Sequence record: PQ141284.1
DNA: 45,491 bases
DNA from: Escherichia phage fEg-Eco06
Strand: one strand, 5' to 3'
Shown: in pieces, positions 34,922 through 44,442 of the stretch
Position numbering within the stretch: the first letter of the stretch is position 1
Layout of the letters: each line of letters begins with the position of its first letter
Program-made: the position numbers and the translations under genes
Notes under the pieces: model-generated
Database searches by the model: none
The model's input: only the letters and a program-made list of their open reading frames with translations
Told to the model about the DNA's origin: nothing

Positions 34922-37094
34922 ATCGCTTCATCTCCGCACCTTCAGCTACAAGAGGGAACCCCTCCGCCCATTCCGGCAATTCGCACATCAACCGCTCAAG
35001 CTCTGCTACATTGTATTCCGGTGAATCTGGTGTCTCGCAGATAATCTCATCGTGTACGTGAAGTACAATCGGGTAGCCGTTTGCTTCTACGTTCAGCAGG
35101 GCATTAGCCAGCAAATCACGGCACAATGCCTGAGTGCAGTTTTCCACCAGTTTACCCGAGTAGGTGTACTGGAATCCCCACTGCCTGGTTAACTGATTTT
35201 CACCCTGATACTTGATGCGCACGTTAGTAGAAACTTTTCCGTCTTCGTCTGTCTCTTTTGACACGCTCAACCCGACGCCCGGGTATGACATAACGCGACC
35301 TGACGGCAACGTCATGCGCAACCACCAACCAGCGACTTTGTTGCCGTTGTTGTCTGTTTCTACGTTGCGAGAAAACTTAACCCCGCGAGGGCCAGCGGTG
35401 AACTCTTTCCCCGGATTACGGATTGCTGCCATAGCTGCGTCTTCAATATCACGCCAGAAAGCTACTGTTTCCGGGTGGGACTCCCGCCACATACGCTTAA
35501 TTGCGTCGCATGTACGCCAGACTTTCTTATCAAGAATATATGATGGTCGGTCATCCTTTTCACCCGGACGCGGTGGTCGCTTGGCTTCCTGAATACGCGC
35601 CCACTCGTACCCGCGCGCGGTAGCGGCCCAGATGTGGTCAGGGAAAGTCCCATCCATTGTTTTTGCCATATCTACAAGGTCAAGGCCGAGGTTCTTGGCG
35701 AACTGAACGAAAGCCCCGACACCCCCAGCGTACCCAAGCCCCAACTCACATGCTTTACCAATCTGGCGCAGGTCTTTACGTTCCTTCTTAATGTAATCTG
35801 GTTCCATGCCGAACATCTTGCCCGCCGTTACACAGTAAATATCCAGCCCGGCGCGGAACGTATCTAGCGCGGTTTCTTCGCCTGCCAGCCACGCAAGCCC
35901 GCGACCCTCAACGTTAGAGTAATCGGCGACGACAAACTTATGCCCAGCTTCCGGTATAATGCAGCTACGAACGGTAGATGCCGTCAGCTTGGCTACGTCA
36001 AATCGGCGGTGCGCCCGGCCCTTAAGTAACGCTGAAATGCCTTTATCCAGTTCATCATCGTGATAGTACCCACGCGCCAGGTTCTGTGGCTGGAAGCCTT
36101 TACCCGCGAACCGTAACGTACGCTTTGCCCCACCGTACTGGATACACCCGCGGCGTCGGTCGTCCGACGAGCGGCCTAACAGCAGCGGGTTATATTTCGT
36201 GGACGCTGTTGACGCGGCCCCGAGGCGCATTTCGATAATCGTGCGGGCGTCGTCAGGTAAATCATCATCGGCCAGCAGGTCATTCAGCGTCGACTTCTGT
36301 GCGTTGTGTATGCGGTGTGCGGGGGCCAGTTCACGTAGAATAGGCAGAAAGTCCTTACCGGTAAGCGAGCTGCCGTATTTACGTTGAGCTTCTTCCTGTA
36401 ACTGTGCCTTGTGCTTCTCTACGGCTTCAATCGCGGCTTCCGCCAGTGCGACGTCAACCTTAAATCCGCGGTCGTTGATTAACTGGTCAAGTTCCAGTAC
36501 ACGGTCTTCGAACTCGGAGTTACCCCAACGCGGCAGCTTATGGAAGACTTCACGCATCGCAGTGATGTCGCTCACGGCGTACCTGATGAACATCGCCCAC
36601 TCGTCAGGGTGAGTTTCTGCGGTGTAGCGGCGGATTTTGTAGTTCTTCGGCGTCGGTTTAGAGAAACGCTTAATCAGAGCCTTGCCGCGTTTATCTTTCG
36701 CGTTGTCTGCAGACACGCCCAGCACTTCGCACAGCGCATCAAGAGAACCCGGCAGCGCGTGACGGAACGCCCAAATCATAGTATCAATGGTGTTACTTAC
36801 CGGAATATCAAAGCCCCAGCAGTGTTGTTTCATGATTAGGCGATCGAAAAGTCCACCGTTGTGCCACACCATCTTGATGTGGCTGTTTGGCTTCACCAGA
36901 CGGCGTAACGCGCGGTGCAAATCCCCCGGCATGTCGCTGCCGTCGGTGCAGTCCCATACCTGTACAGGCTCGTCATCAAAAGCATAGGTGCAGATAAGCA
37001 CTTCTGTAGTTGGGTGTTCGGCGTAAGCGTATGAACCGACTTTCTTTAAATCGGCTTCGGAGAATGTTTCAAAGTCCAAGAACAGGTAACTCAT
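34911..37094 (-). CDS. DNA polymerase, family A, with N-terminal 3'-5' exonuclease
   Basis: 727 aa; LFLDFETFS exo motif; C-terminal polymerase motifs including KACELGLGYAGG; AAGGG RBS. Confidence 0.8.
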   Translation of the reverse strand: MSYLFLDFETFSEADLKKVGSYAYAEHPTTEVLICTYAFDDEPVQVWDCTDGSDMPGDLHRALRRLVKPNSHIKMVWHNGGLFDRLIMKQHCWGFDIPVSNTIDTMIWAFRHALPGSLDALCEVLGVSADNAKDKRGKALIKRFSKPTPKNYKIRRYTAETHPDEWAMFIRYAVSDITAMREVFHKLPRWGNSEFEDRVLELDQLINDRGFKVDVALAEAAIEAVEKHKAQLQEEAQRKYGSSLTGKDFLPILRELAPAHRIHNAQKSTLNDLLADDDLPDDARTIIEMRLGAASTASTKYNPLLLGRSSDDRRRGCIQYGGAKRTLRFAGKGFQPQNLARGYYHDDELDKGISALLKGRAHRRFDVAKLTASTVRSCIIPEAGHKFVVADYSNVEGRGLAWLAGEETALDTFRAGLDIYCVTAGKMFGMEPDYIKKERKDLRQIGKACELGLGYAGGVGAFVQFAKNLGLDLVDMAKTMDGTFPDHIWAATARGYEWARIQEAKRPPRPGEKDDRPSYILDKKVWRTCDAIKRMWRESHPETVAFWRDIEDAAMAAIRNPGKEFTAGPRGVKFSRNVETDNNGNKVAGWWLRMTLPSGRVMSYPGVGLSVSKETDEDGKVSTNVRIKYQGENQLTRQWGFQYTYSGKLVENCTQALCRDLLANALLNVEANGYPIVLHVHDEIICETPDSPEYNVAELERLMCELPEWAEGFPLVAEGAEMKRYAK

Positions 37095-37113
37095 TATTTT
37101 CGACCCTTAGTAA

Positions 37114-37133
37114 AAGGCCCAATGAAGGGCCTT
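37114..37133 (-). terminator. hairpin (attenuator-like) between SSB-like gene and polymerase
   Basis: AAGGCCC / GGGCCTT stem with 6-nt loop; weak U tract. Confidence 0.4.
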
Positions 37134-37152
37134 AGTTAAACAGATTCAGATA

Positions 37153-37782
37153 TTAACCACGGCGACGACGTTCGCGGCGCGGTGCTTCATCTTCTTCGTC
37201 GTCTTCCAGGTCATTGACGCTCGCAGCGACTTTAGAACCGCCGAACGCTTTGCCTTCGCCAACGTATTTAATCGCCAGCAGGTTAACGCCGAGGACTTTG
37301 TATTTCTGGCTGAACCAGATTTCAGCGCTTACGTTAGCTAAGCATCCGCTGTAAACCTGTTCACCTTCAATCTGTTCGCCGTCTACATTGAAGTCCTGCT
37401 CTACCTGAGTCTCGCCTTTTTTAGAGGTTACAATCAGCGGTTGTTTCTGTGCCTTCGCTTTGAAGTAGAAGCCTTCCGGGAAGTCTTCAAACGGATTGTC
37501 GCGCTCAGCAATGTCTTTAATCGCGCATTTATCCATGTGCTTACCTTCGCCGTAGTTGGACTTCATCCACTTCTCGGCAGTGGCAGCACCTAATGCTTCT
37601 TCAACTACAGCATAAACAGTGTCGTAGAGTGCGTCGATTTGAGCATGGTCAGACGGCAGGATGATTGTCGCGCTGTACTGGCCTTTAGTGATTGAGCCAT
37701 CGTCGTTTTCACGGTCTTTTTCGCGTTCGAATACGTTAACCCATGCAGTGTTTACTTTACGCAGATTCAGTTTAATACCCAT
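37153..37782 (-). CDS. single-stranded DNA-binding protein-like, acidic C-terminal tail
   Basis: 209 aa; C-terminal NDLEDDEEDE acidic tail; position in recombination module; own promoter. Confidence 0.5.
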   Translation of the reverse strand: MGIKLNLRKVNTAWVNVFEREKDRENDDGSITKGQYSATIILPSDHAQIDALYDTVYAVVEEALGAATAEKWMKSNYGEGKHMDKCAIKDIAERDNPFEDFPEGFYFKAKAQKQPLIVTSKKGETQVEQDFNVDGEQIEGEQVYSGCLANVSAEIWFSQKYKVLGVNLLAIKYVGEGKAFGGSKVAASVNDLEDDEEDEAPRRERRRRG

Positions 37783-37841
37783 CGTGATTTCTCGCTTTTA
37801 AGTTTCAGTTTACTCCGGGATCTGCCCGGCCAGTGATTAGA

Positions 37842-37870
37842 ACTATAATAGCTAACTATTCATGTGTCAA
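37842..37870 (-). promoter_or_regulatory. sigma70-like promoter (TTGACA-N17-TATAGT)
   Basis: minus strand TTGACA (37870-37865), 17-bp spacer containing GAATAGT, TATAGT (37847-37842). Confidence 0.6.
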
Positions 37871-38059
37871 ATAAAATTTTGCAATAGGGATTATGTTCTC
37901 GAAATTAAGCATATTGGCCGGTTCGAACTCATCCTCTACAGGGTAGTATCGCATCATGGTACCGTTCAAGAACGTGAACGATTCCGAGTGTAGATACCCA
38001 TCCCAGTGCCATACCATCAAAAAATCTTTATCAGTCGGCATTTCATTTACTTGAATCAT
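37856..38059 (-). CDS. hypothetical protein
   Basis: ATG 38059 ATGA-coupled to exonuclease stop, GAGGAGGA RBS; track ORF 37856-38089 trimmed. Confidence 0.45.
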   Translation of the reverse strand: MIQVNEMPTDKDFLMVWHWDGYLHSESFTFLNGTMMRYYPVEDEFEPANMLNFENIIPIAKFYLTHE

Positions 38060-39345
38060 TCTAAATCCTCCTCTGTAACTTGATTCCACTCAGGACGTTT
38101 GTCATCCGCCGTTGCGACGCATGGCGCACCGGGCTTACGGGTAATGAAGTCTTTCAGTTCTTCTTCCGGTACAATTTTAACCGCTTCGGTCGGTGTCATA
38201 AGAACTACCTTTTGCAGCATAGTACCGTACTTCTCGAATACTGCATCGGTATCTTTCCACGCACGATTACCCGGGCGTCCTTCAACCAGTTTATACCCCG
38301 GCACTTTCTTACCGGAATGTAACGCAGCAGCCATAGCTTTCTCAACCTTGTCGATGTGCTGGCGCAACAACGGCAACTTCTCATACTCAGCTACGAGTTG
38401 CTCTGGCGTAAGCTCAAGTGCAAAGTCGTCCTCCAGTTCTTCCGCCAGCCCCGCGTTAACGGTTTTTGTACGCGCTGCGCATTGTTCAGAGAACCGACAC
38501 CACTGACAACCATCTACCGACGGCTTGAAGTCCGACGCTTTCAGGTTCTTTTTACCCCGGAAATAGGCATCAAGAGCCAACAGCGCCCGTTTCTGTGCAA
38601 ACTTAGCGAACAGTTCCAGACCTTCAACCGAGATGTCCCACTCCGATGCACCGCCAGCGTACGGCTGGAAGATGACCAGTCGAACGGTTGTTATGCTATA
38701 ACGTCTCTTGAGTCGGCGATAAACGCCGAGAGCATAAAGCATAAGCTGCTTGTTTTCTTTCGCTTCGACACGATGCCGCCCGGTTTTCAGGTCGCAGATG
38801 ATAAGCATGTGTTCGTCGGTGTTAGCCAGTTCCTGTATGGCAACAAGGTCAGCAGTTCCGAACGTCTCCACAGTTTTAAAAACCCCGGCGTTGCCATCCC
38901 CCGGCTCCCCAGCAACACGAAACATATAGCCAGGATGCAATACCTCAGTAAGATTGACCCGCATTTCCAGCTTAGCGTAAGCCGCTACGTCGATAATCGC
39001 TTTGCAGTAGTCGGTGTACTTGCGCACCTGCTCAATCATGTCCGCCGTAATCAGTACAGCACCTTTCATCGGGCGGATTAGTGCCTTAATCTGGCCTTTG
39101 CCCTCATCCAGCACATAAGCGCCAACTTCACGCTCTAACGGCAACGCAGTTCCGCGAATATAGGCGTTGAGATGGACCTCAGCTATAGTGTGGCACGCAG
39201 TCCCTGTAACGGCGGCTTTACCGGACGTGTTAGGGATATCTTTTTCGCAGGCCAGGGATGCGGCACAACTCAGCCACTTTTTAGCGCCCGATGGCGACAG
39301 TAAGGCGTGAACATCATTATTGCCGCCGCGTTCCTTTAAAATCAT
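38056..39345 (-). CDS. Cas4/RecB-like PD-(D/E)XK exonuclease
   Basis: ICDLKTGRH nuclease core; one N-terminal Cys (WLSCAAS) and C-terminal CQWCRFSEQC cluster typical of Cas4-like Fe-S nucleases; ATG 39345 chosen. Confidence 0.65.
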   Translation of the reverse strand: MILKERGGNNDVHALLSPSGAKKWLSCAASLACEKDIPNTSGKAAVTGTACHTIAEVHLNAYIRGTALPLEREVGAYVLDEGKGQIKALIRPMKGAVLITADMIEQVRKYTDYCKAIIDVAAYAKLEMRVNLTEVLHPGYMFRVAGEPGDGNAGVFKTVETFGTADLVAIQELANTDEHMLIICDLKTGRHRVEAKENKQLMLYALGVYRRLKRRYSITTVRLVIFQPYAGGASEWDISVEGLELFAKFAQKRALLALDAYFRGKKNLKASDFKPSVDGCQWCRFSEQCAARTKTVNAGLAEELEDDFALELTPEQLVAEYEKLPLLRQHIDKVEKAMAAALHSGKKVPGYKLVEGRPGNRAWKDTDAVFEKYGTMLQKVVLMTPTEAVKIVPEEELKDFITRKPGAPCVATADDKRPEWNQVTEEDLE

Positions 39346-39614
39346 ACCCTGCTCTCCCACTGGTCAATTAAATGTCGTGTCTTATGGTCGCAGTGCATAG
39401 CCCACCCATACATCGACTCGAAGACATAAAAATCAGGTTTGGCGAATGTCGTGCGCTTAATCTGCGACACGTGACGGCATATATCTTTAGGTCGTGGTAC
39501 TTTGCCTAAGTACGCCATCTCTTCCATCAGGTGCGAACCGGACGGCGCACGCAACAGCCATAGCGCCTCTGTGTTATCCCGCCTGTCAACGGCGCGGTAG
39601 AGTTGGTAAATCAT
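39342..39614 (-). CDS. hypothetical protein
   Basis: 90 aa ATGA-coupled. Confidence 0.5.
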   Translation of the reverse strand: MIYQLYRAVDRRDNTEALWLLRAPSGSHLMEEMAYLGKVPRPKDICRHVSQIKRTTFAKPDFYVFESMYGWAMHCDHKTRHLIDQWESRV

Positions 39615-39946
39615 TGCGCCTTCTCCTGCATTTTCAGAAAGACAATCATCGCGGCGCGTAGAGGGTTTTTACCGATTACGCATTCGTCTCCAACGTAAAT
39701 CATACTGGTGGCGTCTCCGGTAATACCGTCAATAACCGCATTATCCGGTAAAGCAATCCATTCTGAATTGGTAGCTACAATCGAGATGTTGTTACCGGTG
39801 ATAACAGGCCATGCGTCTTCCACGCGGTTGCAATAATCAACATCACCAGAAGCTAATTCCATCTGATGCCCTCGCGAAACATTGCCGTATAGTGCGCGAC
39901 TAACCCGTGCGTTAATTTCTATGTCTGTTAGATTTTCATATTTCAT
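39611..39946 (-). CDS. hypothetical protein
   Basis: 111 aa ATGA-coupled. Confidence 0.5.
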   Translation of the reverse strand: MKYENLTDIEINARVSRALYGNVSRGHQMELASGDVDYCNRVEDAWPVITGNNISIVATNSEWIALPDNAVIDGITGDATSMIYVGDECVIGKNPLRAAMIVFLKMQEKAQ

Positions 39947-39989
39947 AATTCCGACCCTCAGTTAAAGCGGCCCGAAGGCCGCGAGATAG

Positions 39990-40493
39990 TTATTCTTCTT
40001 CGAAATACTTGTTCTTGATTGCCGTCAGGCGTTCAAGGTACTCGGGCAGGTCTTCATCTTTAATCGCGGCAATCTTCATTTTCTTACCGGTGAACTCCTC
40101 CAGCAGTTCATCGGAATCGTCGCACGCAGCATCGCTAGGACCTTCGTTAATTGCATCGTCGATAGCCTGAATCTGGTCACGAAGAGACTGGTAATCGACC
40201 TCTTCTTTCTCTTCTTCTGGTTCTGGAGTCGGCTCCTCTACTTTAGCTTTACGCGGCTTGCGTTTCGGCTTCTCTTCTTCTTCTGCTGGTTTAGCGTCAA
40301 CGATGTCTTCACCTTCAACAGGGATTTCTTTTGTTGCTTCTTTTTCGCACTCAGCTACCGCTTCTTTGGTATACACTACCGTCTCTACTTCTAACGGCGC
40401 TGCAACTTGTGCTGACTGTTTCGCACTGTTCGCAGCAATCAGTTCATGTGCAACTACGAAACGTTCCAGTAATTTTAAGAATTGTTCTAACAT
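39990..40493 (-). CDS. hypothetical highly acidic protein
   Basis: 167 aa, E/K/P-rich low-complexity centre. Confidence 0.5.
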   Translation of the reverse strand: MLEQFLKLLERFVVAHELIAANSAKQSAQVAAPLEVETVVYTKEAVAECEKEATKEIPVEGEDIVDAKPAEEEEKPKRKPRKAKVEEPTPEPEEEKEEVDYQSLRDQIQAIDDAINEGPSDAACDDSDELLEEFTGKKMKIAAIKDEDLPEYLERLTAIKNKYFEEE

Positions 40494-40515
40494 TTGTTTC
40501 TCCTGTTTATTTAGG

Positions 40516-40731
40516 TTACTCGCCGTCGCCTTCTGTAAGGCTATCGTCTATTAATTCAAATTTACCGTTTGAGTGTTGTATAGCTTCTTGCCCGCAATGG
40601 GCACAGACAATAAGTTTATCGAACCCATCAAACTCATCCCCCACCACGCAAGAAAGTACAAATTTATGTTTTGTACATACTTCTTGAGGTTCACCGAAAA
40701 TTGCGTGAAAACATCTCGCCACTACATTCAT
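40516..40731 (-). CDS. hypothetical zinc-ribbon protein
   Basis: 71 aa; CxxC...CxxC (CAHCG); first gene after promoter 40764-40792. Confidence 0.5.
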   Translation of the reverse strand: MNVVARCFHAIFGEPQEVCTKHKFVLSCVVGDEFDGFDKLIVCAHCGQEAIQHSNGKFELIDDSLTEGDGE

Positions 40732-40763
40732 CTTCTGTCTCTCCTCTCGTTTGGTATGGGTTA

Positions 40764-40792
40764 ACTATAATAGCGAACTATTCACATGTCAA
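40764..40792 (-). promoter_or_regulatory. sigma70-like promoter (TTGACA-N17-TATAGT)
   Basis: minus strand TTGACA (40792-40787), spacer containing TGTGAATAGT, TATAGT (40769-40764); second ACTATTCACAT box at 40821-40831. Confidence 0.6.
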
Positions 40793-40856
40793 TGGGCTTT
40801 TCTAAAATAATTAATATGGTACTATTCACATATTAACTGACTAAGGAGTAATTGAC

Positions 40857-41072
40857 ATGCAACCATCTGAACTAGGCATCCGTATGGAACAACGCCGTAA
40901 AGAACTCGGCATCTCCCAGCGCCGTCTGGCTGTCCTGACTGGCGTTTCTCAGGGCGCGATTAACCAACTGGCACTTGGAGTAACTCAGGACGTCCGCCCG
41001 GCGACGCTGTTTAAACTGGCGGAAGTGCTTGAAGTAGACGCCAAGTGGTTGGCGTTAGGTGAAGGGGCTTAA
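40857..41072 (+). CDS. XRE-family HTH transcriptional regulator (Cro/CI-like)
   Basis: 71 aa; LGISQRRLAVLTGVSQGAINQLALG helix-turn-helix; AAGGAG RBS; divergent from early operon. Confidence 0.75.
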   Translation: MQPSELGIRMEQRRKELGISQRRLAVLTGVSQGAINQLALGVTQDVRPATLFKLAEVLEVDAKWLALGEGA

Positions 41073-41090
41073 GCCCCTTTTCTTTTTATT
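41063..41090 (+). terminator. intrinsic terminator
   Basis: AAGGGGC / GCCCCTT stem with TTAA loop followed by TTCTTTTTATT. Confidence 0.65.
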
Positions 41091-41283
41091 GCACCTTTAT
41101 CGGGTATCTTTTGCGAAACTTACCTAACCCGCAGTACACGCTGTAAGCCTCTGTGTAACTGAACACAACATGATACCCGCGCCCATAAGGAACTACGTTA
41201 AGAACTTCTACTACTTCGCCTCTGTGGTTGGTGTATTTATTACCTTTCAGTTCGTCGCTTACTTCTTTAAATTTACCGCTCAT
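41086..41283 (-). CDS. hypothetical protein
   Basis: 65 aa ATGA-coupled to primase/helicase stop with embedded GAGGAGGA RBS. Confidence 0.45.
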   Translation of the reverse strand: MSGKFKEVSDELKGNKYTNHRGEVVEVLNVVPYGRGYHVVFSYTEAYSVYCGLGKFRKRYPIKVQ

Positions 41284-43547
41284 TCCAAATCCTCCTCTGT
41301 CACTGTCAACATTTCATTCGGTTCGTATATTGTCTTTGGAATCTTGTTATCAGTTATTCTGGTGTTCAGCCTGTAACGACCTGGGATTATCTGATTGTTT
41401 TCGTCAGTACCCGGAACAAGATACCCGGCCTCAACCATTTTCTTAATCTTCCCGCGTTCTATGGCTTCTTTGGAGTTAAACGCCTTTGCGTTGGGGTCTG
41501 ACTGTGCGAGCTTATTCGCCGCGGCGACTGTGATGCCTTCGTTGCCGTTGTAGGTTCCTTCCGCCAGTTCAAACGCCGCGAGTATCGTGGCCTCCGAACT
41601 GTTGACGGCGTTCTCTACGGTTTTACGTACATTTTCTTTACCTTCTTTCGTCAACCCTTCTTCCCGCTCTTTCTCCTCGTCAGTTTTGAACGGCTCGAAA
41701 CCCCACGGCATCAACACAAGCGCCTTGTGTGGTTCAGGCAGGTCCAGGTTTACGATTGTGCCGTATTCCTCTGTGCTACCCAGGAACTCAACCGCTCGGT
41801 ATTCTTTAGGCGGCGGCGCTTCACGGAACTGTACCGACTCCAGCACCATGCCAACCGTCTTCTGCTGAGGCCCGTGCTTGAATTTCGAGTGATATACGTT
41901 TATCTGACGGTCGGTTGCACGTTCGATTGTCAGTTCCACGTCAACACCCGCATACAGCGCCCCACTGCCGCGTGCTTTCTTTCCACCCTTCGGCGTATGG
42001 TGGACAACGCCTACTGCGGCTTTAGTTGCATCGCGTACTTCTTTCAGAATGGCGATAACTTTACCCATGCCGATTGCTGTTGATGAACTGTTCTCGTCGA
42101 ACTTATCAATCGTCAGTGCCAGGGTCTGGTTAAGGGTGTCGAACGCAACCATGCCAATTGGCTCGTCGCCAGCAGTTTCGCGCATTAACTTAATCAGGCT
42201 TTTAAGTTTGCCGACTTCGCCCATATCGATGACATGTACATAATCTTTACCTTCCTCGCCGTATTTAGCCGCGAGCGCATCAATACGTGTACGTGTGGCT
42301 GCCCCACCCTCGCCGTCGATATAGAAATGGTGACAACGCTGGGTGTCAGCCCCTGCAAACCGGTATCCGGCGGCGCTCAGGTACATCATCCCCAGCGTAT
42401 AGAATGATTTGTACGTGCCCGATTCTCCGACGATACCCCAGATACAATCCGACGGCATGTACCCCTCAACGACGAAATCAGCCTTTACCGGCTCCGGTAA
42501 CTCGTCCTCCTCTGAGTCCTCGTCGTCTTCCAGGTCGTCGAGGCTGCATGAGACAGATTCACGCGCCCCCCAACCGATGGCCTCTGCGACTTCACTGAAC
42601 GGCAGCCCGGTCGCATCGCACGCGTACTTCCACACCTCTTTCGGTGACAGGCCTTCTGTCGCCGTAATGTCTGTGTCGTGAATCATGGTTACGTTAGGCG
42701 CTTCGTATCCCTCGCGCGGGAAGCACAGCAGGAAGTCGTCCGGACGCGGCGTTGGGTCACTGTAGTTTTCAGCGTGTTCCGGTGTAGCTGGCATCTTAAG
42801 GCCGCGTGGTGTCATAACTCCGCCGTACTCGAACGCCAGCGCTTCGAACGCATCAGTAAACGCGGAGCGCAGTTCTTCCGGTATCTGGTAATCCGATGCG
42901 CTGCTCACCTCGTAATCCGGTATGCCTTCCAGTAACTCGTCCGGGTCAATCAGGTCGTTGCGACGCGACCAGATAACGGTAGAGCCGACCGGCGGCAGGT
43001 ACATCGGCTGGGACAGAGTGAACCCGCTGCGGTCAGCGCCCATGCCTTCGAAGAAGTGCTCCAGCAAGCCATGACGAACACGGATGATGTCGCCGCCTTC
43101 AACCGGGCGGCCCAGCGGCATGACGACGCGAAAGCGCGGTGACTCATCAGTATGTGATGCCGTGGTATACAGGCACATAACCTGACGGCTGCGCTTAACC
43201 AGGCGCACCGCTTCCTGGTACTCTTCCGGTGTTGCACTGTCGAAGTCCAGATACGCCAGCGACGATTTGCTCACAGACGCGTCACAGCGATAGAAGAAGC
43301 CTTTACGCGCTTGTTTAAAGCCACCGGTTTCCGGGTCTTTTACGGTGCTGTGCGCAGAGTCGCACGCGGCAGTAATATAGCCTGGCGCTGTCTTCGGGTT
43401 GATCCCGTCACGAACAGCATCGAGCGGCTGGATTAACTCTTTCAGGTCATCCAGTGTTGCCGTGTGTGTGGTTCTGACGTTTATATCCTTTTTCTCTGCC
43501 CGCGCGTTGCGACGTGACCACGAGTAGGATAAAATTACATCGGACAT
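41280..43547 (-). CDS. DNA primase/helicase (RecA-fold ATPase with N-terminal primase-like domain)
   Basis: 755 aa; Walker A GESGTYKS, Walker B-like MVAFDTL; large N-terminal domain; ends in EEDLE. Confidence 0.6.
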   Translation of the reverse strand: MSDVILSYSWSRRNARAEKKDINVRTTHTATLDDLKELIQPLDAVRDGINPKTAPGYITAACDSAHSTVKDPETGGFKQARKGFFYRCDASVSKSSLAYLDFDSATPEEYQEAVRLVKRSRQVMCLYTTASHTDESPRFRVVMPLGRPVEGGDIIRVRHGLLEHFFEGMGADRSGFTLSQPMYLPPVGSTVIWSRRNDLIDPDELLEGIPDYEVSSASDYQIPEELRSAFTDAFEALAFEYGGVMTPRGLKMPATPEHAENYSDPTPRPDDFLLCFPREGYEAPNVTMIHDTDITATEGLSPKEVWKYACDATGLPFSEVAEAIGWGARESVSCSLDDLEDDEDSEEDELPEPVKADFVVEGYMPSDCIWGIVGESGTYKSFYTLGMMYLSAAGYRFAGADTQRCHHFYIDGEGGAATRTRIDALAAKYGEEGKDYVHVIDMGEVGKLKSLIKLMRETAGDEPIGMVAFDTLNQTLALTIDKFDENSSSTAIGMGKVIAILKEVRDATKAAVGVVHHTPKGGKKARGSGALYAGVDVELTIERATDRQINVYHSKFKHGPQQKTVGMVLESVQFREAPPPKEYRAVEFLGSTEEYGTIVNLDLPEPHKALVLMPWGFEPFKTDEEKEREEGLTKEGKENVRKTVENAVNSSEATILAAFELAEGTYNGNEGITVAAANKLAQSDPNAKAFNSKEAIERGKIKKMVEAGYLVPGTDENNQIIPGRYRLNTRITDNKIPKTIYEPNEMLTVTEEDLE

Positions 43548-43605
43548 GTTGTATTTCCTTCAGCAAGTAATTTGGCCTCGGCGTTCACCGCGTCGGGGCT
43601 TTCTT

Positions 43606-43839
43606 TTATTCCAGGTCTTCTAAAGTAGCTGTCATTCCGCGAACTTCAGCATCAGCGCTATATTTCCCACCAACGTTTTTCACGACACCGGATTTAACCA
43701 GCACCTTCAACGACCCTTCAATAATGGCTGAACTATAGTACTTAAAATAACTACGGCGCAAGTCGATAACACTGCATGACCCTTTTTTACGTGTTAACGA
43801 AACGACCGCCGTAAATACGCGTGACTGGAACTCTGTCAT
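43606..43839 (-). CDS. hypothetical protein
   Basis: 77 aa; ends in LEDLE. Confidence 0.45.
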   Translation of the reverse strand: MTEFQSRVFTAVVSLTRKKGSCSVIDLRRSYFKYYSSAIIEGSLKVLVKSGVVKNVGGKYSADAEVRGMTATLEDLE

Positions 43840-44006
43840 TTCACATTCTCCTTAATCCACGCTTCCACTTTCTCTGGGTCAAACGTACCGGGCTGACGAC
43901 GGCCCATAATGCGAATACAGCAATCAGGGAACTTCCCACTCTTTAGCCAGTTATTCAGCGTTCGACGAGTAACCCCAATACGCTCAGCTACTTCATTCTG
44001 TGTCAT
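43836..44006 (-). CDS. HTH DNA-binding protein (AlpA/excisionase-like)
   Basis: ATG 44006 with GAGGG RBS (track ORF starts at TTG 44039); NEVAERIGVTRRTLNNWLKSGKFP helix-turn-helix. Confidence 0.55.
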   Translation of the reverse strand: MTQNEVAERIGVTRRTLNNWLKSGKFPDCCIRIMGRRQPGTFDPEKVEAWIKENVK

Positions 44007-44442
44007 TCTCAAACCCTCATTATCAGTTAACGAAACCAAGTATACATTGCGAATAATGGGAAATCAAACATAATCGCACCTATTGACATTATGAAAATCT
44101 TCGTTTAAGGTGCTTCTATATCTTAGTTACTTTGATTCCTGTTCACCTTGTAATACCCGCTTGAAACGCAGCGGCGCCAAAGCGCCAGCGAAGTGTTAAG
44201 CGGCAGATTACTGAACATAAGAATTACCGTAACTTTCCTTCCGTAGTATCTCTGGTTGCCCTGGGCAAGTTCTATTCTCATCGGCAGCATATCTCTTAAG
44301 TATATGATAATTAAAAGTTTCTATAGTTGCCGTGAGCAATGTTGAGAGTACTTCACTCCGCTGGGGTGGGCTAACGCCCACCCACTGCGTTGCGTACTCT
44401 TTTAAGAAACGAAAGAATCACAGCGGCAACGTAACTATTCTC

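Noticed and set aside
38356-39081. 241-aa + strand ORF antisense to the Cas4-like exonuclease
   Set aside because: The minus-strand frame carries the nuclease and Cys-cluster motifs; the + frame has no motifs or start signals.
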